A stretch of 64,000 bases of DNA, taken from contig CP068257.2 in the NCBI GenBank assembly GCA_009914755.4, positions 13,728,001 to 13,792,000 on the forward strand. The letters are read 5' to 3'. The position numbers and the translations under genes are program-made. The DNA is from the human T2T-CHM13v2.0 reference genome, Homo sapiens. Shown one piece after another: positions 14,133-25,638 of the stretch. The notes beneath the pieces were generated by a model, which saw nothing but the letters and a program-made list of their open reading frames with translations, was not told where the DNA came from and ran no database searches. Numbering within the stretch: position 1 is the stretch's first letter; every line of letters starts with the position of its first letter.

Positions 14133-14693
14133 AAAGAGAGAAGTGTCTGAACGTCAAGAGGGAAGAAGCAGCTGGACATTGGAGACTATGGTTGGAAAGG
14201 AGTTCGGCCAGGTATGGCTGAACTCCAGGGAAAGACCACCTGGCCACTCCATCCCCTTTCCAGCTCCCCATCCCACTGAAAGCCACTTCCACTACTCAAT
14301 AAAATGCTTTGCATTAACCACCCTCCAATCTGTTTGCACAATCTCATTCCTCCTGGACACCAGACAAGGACCCAGGTGCAGGTGAAAGAGGCTGTCACAC
14401 TGACCCTCCACTGAGCTGTTTAACACTCAGGCCATCCATGGACAGCAAAGCTAAAGGAGTGCACTGTAACACACACCCCCTGGGCCTCAAGGGTTCGCAG
14501 GCAACCCCTACATGCTGCCACAGGCTGGTATGGGGTTTTGCTCCTGCCAGCACCCAAAGGCACTCTCCCTGGCTCCTGAACCTGCTCACCTGTATGTTCC
14601 CCCTCCCACAAAGGGTTTGAGTGCTGTGGACTGAGTAAGTGAGCCATCCCTTTACAACTCCTGCATAGGGGTCAAAGAAATTATCCTGCTTCA
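14133..14693 (+). mobile_element. LTR-like element, copy C (5'-truncated, ~560 bp), same family as 2908-3763 and 8150-8916
   Basis: The shared segments ..ccactccatcccctttccagctccccatccc..cactcaataaaatgc.. (AATAAA), ..aaagctaaaggagtgcactgtaacacaca.. and ..cccacaaagggtttgagtg.. are collinear with copies A and B. It ends gcttca directly abutting an L1 fragment. Confidence 0.6.
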
Positions 14694-15140
14694 GTATGAT
14701 CCAGCAGTCCCACTTCTGGGTACATACCCAAAGGATTTGAAATCACTATGTCAGAGATACATCTATACTTCCATGTTTATTGCAGCACTATTCATAGCCA
14801 ACTTATAGAATCAACCTAGGCATCCATCAACTGATGGATTGATTTTAACATGTGGTATATATGCACAATGGAATACTAGTCAGCATTTAAAGAAGAGGGC
14901 AATTATATCATTTATGACAAAATGGATGAACCTGGAGGACATTATGCTAAGTGAAATAAGCCCGACACAGAAAGATAAACGCTACATACTCTCACTTATA
15001 TGTGAAAGTTAAAAAAAAAAAAAAAAAAAAAAAAGAGAACACATAAAAGCCAAGAGTAGAATGATGGTTACCAGAAGCTAGGATTAGTGAGGTGGGGGTT
15101 AATGGGGAAAAGGAAATTCTATCATTAAGAAATAGAACAT
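14694..15140 (+). mobile_element. L1 3'-end fragment (ORF2 C-terminus/3'UTR region, old subfamily) with an internal 24-nt A tract
   Basis: cagcagtcccacttctgggtacatacccaaaggatt...tttattgcagcactattcatagccaa...caatggaatactagtcagcatttaaagaa...tggatgaacctggaggacattatgctaagtgaaataagcc...ctctcacttatatg then A24 (15011-15034) then gagaacacat...agtagaatgatggttaccagaagctagg...gggggttaatgggg. This matches the L1 3' consensus. Confidence 0.75.
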
Positions 15141-15267
15141 CAAAAGCTGAAAGATAAAATATCAGAAGAAAAAATATTCCTAGATAGGCTAAGATACACT
15201 ACATATATGGCAAGAGAAAAGATCGGGGAACTTGATGATATAAGCCAAGCAAATAGAAAAAAATGTA

Positions 15268-15428
15268 GGCTAAGTGGTCTTGGACACCAGTAATTCCAAC
15301 TACATGGAAGGCTAAGGTGGGAGGATTGCTTGAGCCCAGGATTTCAAGGCTGCGGTAAGCTTTGATTGCACCAGTGCACCCCAGCCTGGTTGACAGAGTG
15401 AGACCCCCCAATTCTAAAAAATAAAAAG
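15268..15428 (+). mobile_element. Free right Alu monomer (FRAM-like) or partial Alu
   Basis: ggctaagtggtcttggacaccagtaattccaactacatggaaggctaaggtgggaggattgcttgagcccaggatttcaaggctgcggtaagctttgattgcaccagtgcaccccagcctggttgacagagtgagacccc followed by an A-rich tail. It matches only the right half of the Alu consensus. Confidence 0.7.
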
Positions 15429-15464
15429 TAGTACATAACAATCAAAGCAGAGCCTCACTGACCT

Positions 15465-16105
15465 ATAAGATAATATGAAACCGTCTAAAAGATGATATGA
15501 AACAGTCTATAAGATAATATGAAACAGTCTGTAAGATGATATGAAACAGTCTGTAAGATGATATGAAACAGTCTATAAGATGATATGAAACAGTCTATAA
15601 GATGATATGAAACATTCTATAAGATGATATGAAACAGTCTATAAGATGATATGAAACAGTATATAAGATGATATGAAACATTCTATAAGATGATATGAAA
15701 CAGTCTATAAGATGATATGAAACAGTATATAGGATGATATGAAACAGTGTATAACATATGAAACAGTGTATAAGATGATATGAAACAGTGTATAAGATGA
15801 TATGAAACAGAGTATAAAATGATATGAAACAGTCTATAAGGCGATATGAAACAGTCTATAAGATGATATGAAGCAGTCTATAAGGTGATATGAAACAGTC
15901 TATAAGGTGATATGAAACAGTGTATAAGATGATATGAAACAGTGTATAAGATGATATGAAACAGTCTGTAAGATGATATGAAACCATGTATAAGATGATA
16001 TGAAACAGTGTATAAGATGATATGGAACAGTCTGTAAGATGATATGAAACAGTCTGTAAGATGATATGAAACAGTCTATAAGATAATATGAAACAACAGT
16101 CTAAC
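15465..16105. repeat. Minisatellite: 22-bp unit (taagatgatatgaaacagtcta) x ~29, head to tail with no spacers
   Basis: Directly visible. Units differ by point variants (gtctataa / gtctgtaa / gtgtataa / cattctat / agtatata; gataatatg vs gatgatatg). The 86-aa minus-strand ORF at 15856-16116 is a translation of this array. Confidence 0.95.
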
Positions 16106-16139
16106 AAACATGTCATTGGCTCCCATGAAGACCACAGAA

Positions 16140-17351
16140 GTCAGAAAATGTATTTAAAGAAATATTGAGTCAGACATTCTTTGTATTTAATGAAAGCTAT
16201 CCACATACAGATCCAAAAGGTCAATAAAGTTCAAGAAAAGAAGCCCAAGAAAAACCACAAAACATACTGTAATCAAATTTATAAAAAATAATGATTAAGA
16301 GAAAATCTTAAAAGCAGCCAGAGAAAAAGAGACAGGTTACAAAGAGGAAGAAAAAAGACATTGTTTCTCATCAGAAACAATGCAAAATAAAACACAATGA
16401 ACTGACATTTTTAAACTGCTGAAAGGAAAAAATAATTACTATTGAATACTATATCCAGTAAAAATATTCTCCAAAAATGAAAGCAAAAAAGAAATTTTCA
16501 AAAAAAGAGCAAAAAGAATTCTAAATAGCTCATGGGTCAGAACGAAAATTCTCGGTGAAATTAGAAAACATTCGGAACTGGATGATAATGAAAACACAAC
16601 ACACACACTTTGTGAAATAAAAACAATACTTAGAGGTAAATTTATTATTTTAATGCCTATACATTAGTAAAAAAGAATGGTATAAATTATATAAGCTTCC
16701 AGCTTAAGTTAAAAAAAGTAGAGCAAAGAAAACAAGTAAGAGTAATGAAGGAAGTAATAAAGAAAACAAGAGAAGTCAAAGATATAGAAAAGGAATATAA
16801 TAGAGTAAGTAATTAAAAGCAAAATTTGGTTCTCTGCAAAGATCAATCAAGTTAACAAATGGACCGCAGAGGGCAAACAAACCTCTAGCTATACTAATCA
16901 AGAAAATTAAGAGAAAACACAAGTTGCCAATATCAGTAATGCAAGAAAGGAAATCACAAAAAATACTACACACATGCAGAGTATAATAAGGTAATATTAT
17001 GAACAACTTTATTGCCAACAAACCTCCATTACAAGAAATGTTAAAATTCTTCAGGCTGAAGGAAGGTGATAACAGATGGAAAACCAAATCTGCCCGATGA
17101 GGAGAAGAGCACCAGAAATGTTAAATATGCTTGTAGATATAAAAGACATTTTTCACGCTCTTAAAATTTCTCTGAAAGATAGTTGACTATAACAAGAACA
17201 AATAGCACAAATACGAGAAAATATCCAACCTATGGGGAAATGACATTAAAGACAAATGAAATAAATGGAGTGGTAGGCCGTATTCATGGATAGGGTGACT
17301 CAATATTAATTCTACAAGAAATTAATGCATAAACAGAAAGCATTTTAAATA
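16140..17351 (+). mobile_element. Old L1 (L1M-type) segment 1: ORF1/5' ORF2 region
   Basis: An A-rich, lysine-codon-rich stretch matching L1M: ...acctccattacaagaaatgttaaaattcttcaggctgaaggaaggtgataacagatggaaaaccaaatctgcccgatgaggagaagagcaccagaaatgttaaatatgcttgtagatataaaagacatttt (the L1 ORF1 end / inter-ORF region). The start coordinate is approximate. Confidence 0.75.
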
Positions 17352-17708
17352 CAGTTGGCCCTCTGTGGTCCATGGGTTCTGCATCCATGCATTCAACCAA
17401 CTGTGGATGTAAAATATTTGGAAAACAATGGATGGTTGCATCTGTACTAAACATGTACAAACCTACAAACTTTTTTTTCTTGTCATTATTCCCTAAACAT
17501 ACAGTAAAATAACTATTTACATGGTATTTACATTGTATTAGGCACTACCGGTAATCTAGAGATATTTGCAAGTATATGGAAGGATGTGTGTAAGTTATAT
17601 ACAAATACTACTATACCATTTTATATAAAGGACTTGAGCATTCATGAATGTTGGTAACTTCAGGGATTCCTGGAACGAATCTCTGCCAATACCAAAGGAT
17701 GACTGTAA
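17352..17708. mobile_element. Non-autonomous TIR (MITE-like, probably hAT-type) element inserted into the L1M
   Basis: Starts cagttggccctctgtggtccatgggttctgcatccatgcattcaaccaactgtggatg and ends ggacttgagcattcatgaatgttggtaacttcagggattcctggaacgaatctctgccaataccaaaggatgactgta. The termini are imperfect inverted repeats (CAGT..CCCT.TGGT..). I recall a consensus CAGTCGTCCCTCGGTATCCGTGGG...CCCACGGATACCGAGGGACGACTG for a known human repeat but cannot name the family. Confidence 0.6.
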
Positions 17709-18217
17709 AAATCCTAACAAGGATTTTCATGTCCTGACAAGCTTATTGCAAAATTTACATGAAAGGCAAAGAATAGCCAGAAAACTCACATAAATTTTCC
17801 ACCAGATATCAAGGTTTATTATAAAGCTATAAAATGTACTGCCTCATAATTTTAAGATAGGTAAAGACAAAGAGGCCAGTACAACAGGATAGAAAGTCCA
17901 TAAATAGAACCATAAATAAAGAAAGTTTGAAATAAAGCAGGGTGTCATTTTCGAACAGTATGGGAAGTATGGACTATTAAATATAAGTTGGGAAAATTGG
18001 TTATTCATATAGAGAAACATTAAATTCTACACCTACCTTACACCATGCAAAAAAGTCAATTCCAGATGTATCCAAAACTGAAAAGTGAAAAGAAACAGTG
18101 TAAAATCTCAGTAGAAAATAATAGAGGTTAGTTTAAAACCTCAAAGAGAACAAAAAAAGGAAAAGAAACAAAATCCTCAAAGAAGGGTTTTTCTGTTTCT
18201 ATTTTCTATAAACATTT
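17709..18217 (+). mobile_element. Old L1 (L1M-type) segment 2 (continuation after the TIR insert)
   Basis: An A-rich L1M ORF2-like sequence continues collinearly (..ccagatgtatccaaaactgaaaagtgaaaagaaacagtgtaaaatctcagtagaaaataatagaggttagtttaaaacctcaaagagaacaaaaaaagg..) until it is interrupted by the antisense L1P. Confidence 0.65.
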
Positions 18218-18631
18218 TTTATTATTTATAAGTTTTAAAAGTGATTTCAATTTTTAGGTTTGTGGGTACATGTGCCAGTCTGCTACATGAGTATATTGCA
18301 TGATGCTGAAGTTAGGACATGAATGATCCCATCACCAGGTAGTAACCATAGTATCAATAGTTTTTCAAATCTTGCTCCACTTCCTCCTTCCTCTCTCTAG
18401 TAGTCCCCAGTGTGTATTATTGCCGTCTTTATGTTCATAAATACCCAGTGTTTAGCTTCCTCTTATAAGTGAGAACATGCAGTATTTGGTTTACTGTTCC
18501 TACATTAATTCGATTAGGAAAATGGCCTCCAGCTGCATCTATGTTGCTGCAAAGGACATGATTTCATTCCTTTTTATGGCTGTGTGGTATTTCATGGTGT
18601 ATGTATGTCACATTTTCTGTATTCAATGCAT

Positions 18632-19028
18632 CTGTTAAATCAAGTTTAGTCTAAAACTGCCTCCTTACGTATTTTAAGTTCAGCCTAAATGTTTCTCTGT
18701 ACATCATAAACTGTAACCTAAATTGAATTATAAATAGACTGTAACCTACTCTTGTGCCAATCACCGAGTTTTGACCAAAGATGGCCAACTATTCAAAATG
18801 TGTTCAAATAAGGCAAATGCTGAGCTGTAACCAGTCCGTTTCTGTACCTCACTTCCATGTTCTGTAGATCACTTTCCTTTTTCTGTCCATAAATCTTATT
18901 CCACTATGTGGCTGCACTGGAGTCTAGTCTCTGAGCCTACTGTGGCTCACCAGGCTTCTTGATTCACAAATGATTCTTTGCTCAATTAAACTCTTTTAAA
19001 TTTAAGTTGGCTAAAGGTTTTCTTTTAA
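18632..19028. mobile_element. Unclassified ~397-bp insertion interrupting the L1P (possible solo LTR)
   Basis: Collinearity with the antisense L1 consensus breaks after ..attcaatgcatctgttaa and resumes at caccattgatgggcacctgg. The intervening sequence contains repeated (c)tgtaacc motifs and a caattaaactc (AATTAAA-like) motif near its 3' end. It matches none of Alu, L1, MaLR or MIR by eye. Confidence 0.4.
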
Positions 19029-19300
19029 CACACCATTGATGGGCACCTGGATTGAGTCCATGTGTTTGCTATTGTGAATAGTGCTGTGATGAACATACGA
19101 GTGCATGTGTGTTTGGCAGAACAATTTATTTTCTTTGAATATACACCCATTAATGAGATTGTTGGGTCAAATGGTAGTTCTGTTTTAAGTTCTTTGAGAT
19201 ATTCCCTAATTGCCTTCCACAGTGGCTGAATTAATTTACCTTTCCATCGATAATGTATAAGCGTTCCCTTTTCTCCACAGCCTTGACATGTTGTTTTTGA

Positions 19301-19756
<456 letters not shown>

Positions 19757-19852
19757 GTCTTTTGCCCATTTTTAATGGAGTTATTTGTTATTTTGCTTCT
19801 TGAATTAAGTTCCTTATAGATTCTGGATATTAGACGTTTGTTAGATATATAG

Positions 19853-20152
<300 letters not shown>

Positions 20153-21063
20153 ACAATTGCTTTTGAGGACTTAATCATAAATTCTTTCCTAAGGCCAACG
20201 TCCGGACTGCTGTTTCCCAGATTTTCTTCCAGGATCCTTATAGTTTGAGGTCTTACATTTAAATATTTAATCCATCTTGAGTGAATTTCATTATATGGTA
20301 AAAGGTAGAAGTCCGGTTTCATTCTCCTGCATATGACTAGCCAGCTATCCCTGTACTATTTATTGAATAGGAAGTCCTTTCCTCATTGCTTATTTTTGTT
20401 GATTTTCTTGAAGATCAGATGGCTGTACATGTGTGGCTTTATTTCTGGATTCTCTATTCTGTTTCATTTGTCTATGTTTCCAGCTTTGTTCTTTTTTACT
20501 TAAGATTGCTTTGGTTTTTCAGACTCCTTTTTGGTTCCATATGAATTTTAGTATATTTTTTTCTAGTTCTATGAAAAATGACATTGGTAGCTTGATAGCA
20601 CTAGCATTGAATCTACAGATTGCTTTGGGCAGTATGGCCATTTTAAAGATATTGATTCTTCCGATCCATGAGCATGAAATGTTTTTCCATTTTTTTGTGT
20701 TATCTGTGATTTTTTAAGCAGTGTTTTGTAGTTCTCCTCGCGGAGATCTTTCACCTCCTTGGTTGGATGTATTCCTAGATATTTATTTTTGTACATGGCT
20801 ATATGGTAAATGAGATTGTGTTCCTGATTTGGCTCTCAGCTTGAACGTTATCAGTGTATTGAAATGCTAATGAGTTTTGTACATTAATTTTGTGTCCTAA
20901 AACTTTATTGAAGTCATTTATTAGTTCTAAGAGACTTTTGGTGGAGTCTTTACATTTTCTAGGTATAGAATTATACAGTCAGTGAAGAGAGATATTTTGA
21001 CTTATTTTCCTATTTGGATGATCTTTATTTCTTTCTCTTGACTGATTGCTCTGGCTGGGACTC

Positions 21064-23960
21064 ACAGAAGGATGTTTAAATAAGACACAAAAAAAGCACA
21101 AGTCATGAAAGCAAAGATTAATAACCTATTTGTATTAAACTATACTTTTGTTCATTATAAGACACCATTTAGAAACTAAAATTGAAACCAAAAACTGGTC
21201 AAAAAAAATCAATAAATAAAAAAGGGACAAAAATTCCCAGTGAACATACAAACAAATGACTGGCATCCAGAATATTCGGAGAACTACAAATTAATAAGGG
21301 AAATACAAGTAAGTATCTAAACAAGCATTGTGCAGAAGTGGAGAACAAGAAAATAGGAACTAAACATTGGGTACTCATGGACATAAAGACCCATGGGTTG
21401 AAAAACCACCTTGTGGGCATTATACTCACTATCTGCGTGACAGGATCCATACCCCATTCTCAGCATCATGCAGTGTAATCACATAAACTGCACATGTACC
21501 CCCTGAATCTAAAAATTGAAATTATAAAAGAAAAGAAAAAATTTTTAAAAAGCCACAATGTAAATCCATTTTACAGCCATCATTTGGGCAAAAATTATGG
21601 ACTTGTGAAAATGTGGTGCAATCTGAACTCTCGTTGGCTGCTGGTGGGGTATGAATCACTAGGTATATATTGGGAGAACAGTTTGGTGGTCTCTATAATA
21701 TTTCAAAACATATAGTAAAATTACACGATAGCCGCAAAAATAAGAGTCTCCTTAGAAGAAATACATGTAAAACAAAAGGTAAAAGGAAAACTTAACCTAA
21801 AAAGAGCAAAAATGTCTTTGTTGAAACAGAAAAAATAAAGCAAAATGATAACCTTAATTTGAGGAATATATGAATGACTTAAATTGATTATTATAATGCA
21901 CAATGAAGATATAGTACAAATTATCACTTACCAAATAACATAGATTCAAATTAGTAAAGCAAAAGCTATTAGAAAAAAAGGGGAAAAATTTTTTAAAATA
22001 AAACTTTTTCAGTTGGGAAACATTAACAAATATCAACAGACGTTGTGATCAAATCTGCCAAAACTAACATAGAAAATTTGACTGGCAGAATTCTTGAGCA
22101 CCAGTTCATGGATATATTGAATTTTCTACTTTAAAAAGTGAACATGCATTTTTCCAACATCCATTAAAATTTTATGAAATTTAATAATATATTATGTGTC
22201 AAAGAGCACCTTAATTAAGTTCAGAATATAAACGAGCAAGACCTAAAGTAAAACTAAGACAACATTTAAGAATGGCAACAAGATATAAAATTTACATAAA
22301 AATCAATAATTTCCATAAATAGAATAAATCATTGGAAAATGTTAGGAAAAATCTCTTATAATTCTGCCCTTCCCTTCCAATACTGAGAAATAAACTTAAC
22401 AAGAAATGGGCAAAACATATATGATGAAAACTTGAAAGCATTTCTGATAAAGACTTACCAAATGGAAGGAGACGTCTGTCCTTGGATAGGATTATGCAGC
22501 TTCATAAAGATATCAGTTTTTTTCAGTTTCATGTATAAATTTAGTGCAATTCAAATACAAATAAGTGTTCATTTGTTTGCTTGTTTTTCTGGAATAAGAT
22601 AAATTGTTTTGAAGATTGAATGAAAAAAATAAACATGCAAGAATAGCTTGAAAATCCCTTAAGAAGAAGAGGAATAAAGGGGAACTAGCCCTACTAGACA
22701 TTAAAATACACTATTAAGTTCTCTTTTTAAAATGTGATACTGGGATATAATAGACAGACATACCAACGAAACACAATAGAGAGCCTAGGAACAAGCTGAA
22801 GTGCATGTGGAAACTTAGCATATGTAAGACATCAAATCACTGAGGCAGACATGGACATTTAATAATGAATTTGACACAACTGGATAATCATTTGGAAAAA
22901 AAAAGAAAATTGTACTCATACCTCACATAATGCATCAGAAAGAACTCCAAATGGATCTGAAATGTAAGTATAAACAATGAGAGAGATATGTACAAGAGGA
23001 AAACATGGGCACATTTTTTATAAACTTAGAGTGAGGAAAACCTTCATAATTAGACTCAAAATCCAGTTGCAATAATAATAACAAAAAAAAAAGATTGGTA
23101 AATTTTACTGAATAGAAACAAATTGCATGACAAATAAACCATAGTAAAATATAAAGAAAATAACACTGTGATAAAATAGTTGAGGTGTCATGGATAAAAG
23201 GCCAATTTCCTGGATGCATAAAGAATTCTTTACTGTCAAAGGAAGGAAATATCAAAATCTGACAGAAGAAATGGCATTTAAAAAACATGGGGAAAGCACT
23301 CAACTTCACTCATATTCAAAGAAATGCTAATTAAAGCTACCGTGTGATGCAATTTCTTACCTATTAGCTTGTTTGGCACCAATTAAAAAGCTTAAGAACC
23401 CACTCTGTCAGTGAGGCTTTGGAGAAAAAGGCACTCACAAATTGCTGGTGCACGTGCAAAATGATACAATCCCTATGGAAGGGAAGTGACAGTGTCCAAC
23501 AAAACTCCACACACATTTATCCTTTGATGCAACAATCCACTTCTAGGAATATGTCTGAAGATACACTCCCACAAATAACAAAACCAAGTTACACATGCAT
23601 CATTATTTATAATAGCAATATATAGAAAACAGCCCAAATAACCATTTATGGGAGACTGAGTACACTGTAGAGCCATGAAACAAGGTACTGTGAAATCACA
23701 GAGAGAGAGAGAAAGAAATCAACTGATACAAAGGTTTTTTACAAAGATATGTGGACCAAAAGCCAAACACGGGGTACTATGCTTCCATTTTTTTGGTAAG
23801 AAAGACAAGGTAATAAGAATATCTATATATTTGCTTATGTTTGCTAAAAGAAACACAGAAAGAATAAGCAATAAATTTAAGAAAATGGATGGAAATATGG
23901 GGAAGGGAGAATGCAGATATGGATAGAGCTATAGATAGAGAAAAAGAGAGAGAGAGAAAG
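21064..23960 (+). mobile_element. Old L1 (L1M-type) segment 3: ORF2 through 3' end
   Basis: Collinear matches to the L1M ORF2/3' consensus: ..ttgctggtgcacgtgcaaaatgatacaatccctatggaagggaagtgacagtgtccaacaaaactccacacacatttatcctttgatgcaacaatccacttctaggaatatgtctgaagatacactcccac..(cf. ttgctggtgggaatgcaaaatggtacagccactttggaaaacagtttggcagttcctcaaaaagttaaacatagaattaccatatgacccagcaattccactcctaggtatatacccaagagaa). The end coordinate is approximate. Confidence 0.75.
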
Positions 23961-24765
23961 ACTAGATATTTATCAAGGATTGAACCAGCCTTAGTTTGTC
24001 GTGTTATTTTTCCACCATAATGCTTTTTGTTTAATTTGCTATTTTCTGACCATGATTCTCAAATTGCTAATTATCTAGGCTCCTGATTTCTGGCCTGTCT
24101 TCCCAGACACCATAGGACACTTTTCTTTTTATTTGGACTTTAAATATAAGGTCGTAACATTTATTCTTTTCAAGTTGAATTATCCTGCAAAATGACCAAA
24201 GCAATTCTCCCTTTTATTTTCAGCTCTTTTTCTTGCAGCTTTATAAGTGTTGAGAAACACAGACTTTCTCCTATTGTGAAGTAAAGAAACCTAAAATAGA
24301 TCTTTTTCAAACCTAGCTATGTTGTGATGGGGGAGAAGCAGGGAGCACCTATATGTTTTTATTGAGTAGTGATAAAAAAACTATACTAAATTGTTGGCTA
24401 GGAGACAACATAACTCATTTCCTTTTTTTCCTATGAATATTCCAGGAATATTTCCACATACCCATGGCAAAATGCACTTGGAAATGATCAGTAAATCCAG
24501 ATATTTGTATGTAAGCTCAAATAATTTTTACTAACTGCTTACATTCTGCAGGCACACTAGCTGTGACAAATTGATGGTCTGGTAGGAAGTATTCTGGGGG
24601 AACTTTAAGACTGCTCTCAGGGACAAGGCCTGAATGCAGGATTCTTGACAAATATCCCTTAGCCAGAAAAGGGTGATCAACAGTTTATGTGGTGAGCAGA
24701 TTCTTAATATTATTAAATTTTTCTCTACCAAGAAACATCTCATGGGGGAAAAATAATGGGCTCTC

Positions 24766-25193
24766 TGATACAGTTTGGATGTCTGTCCCTGAAATCTCAT
24801 GTTGAAATGTAATCTCCAGTGTTGGAGGTGGGGCCTGGTGGGAGGTGTTTGGATCATGGGGGCTGATGCCTCATGAATGGCTTGGTGCCATCCTCTTGTT
24901 GATACATGAGCTCTCATTGACACAGATCTCATTGTTTAAAAGCATGTGGGACCTCTCCCTTCTCTCTCTCTTATTCCTGCTTTTGCAGTGTGACACCTGC
25001 TCCTGCTTCACCTTCCACCATGAGTAAAAGCTCCCTGAGACCTCCCAAGAAGCCGGGCAGACGCAGGCACCATGTGTGTACAGCCTGCAGAGCTGTAAGC
25101 CAGTTAAACCTTCTTTTTCTTTCTTTCTTTTTGTTAAGAAATTACCCAGTCTCAGGTATTTCTTTATAGTAATGCAAGAATGGACTAACACAG
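24766..25193 (+). mobile_element. MaLR-type LTR (MST/MLT1-like)
   Basis: tgatacagtttggatgtctgtccctgaaatctcatgttgaaatgtaatctccagtgttggaggtggggcctggtgggaggtgtttggatcatggggg...ccaccatgagtaaaagctccctgagacctcccaagaagc...aaattacccagtctcaggtatttctttatagtaatgcaagaatggactaacaca. This is the characteristic MaLR 5' and 3' termini. Confidence 0.75.
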
Positions 25194-25324
25194 TCTCCAA
25201 ACCCTTTAACAAAGTCCTACGTGGTATGGCTCTGCCTGTCTCTCTGACACTATCTTGTACCATTCTTTCCCTCGGTCAGTGTGCTCTGGCATGACCGTTT
25301 TCTCAAATACATCACACTAATTCA

Positions 25325-25638
<314 letters not shown>

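Noticed and set aside
15465-16105. Regular array of ~29 direct repeats that superficially resembles a CRISPR array
   Set aside because: The 22-bp units are strictly head to tail with no unique spacers. The array sits in a primate genome between an Alu monomer and an L1. It is a minisatellite.
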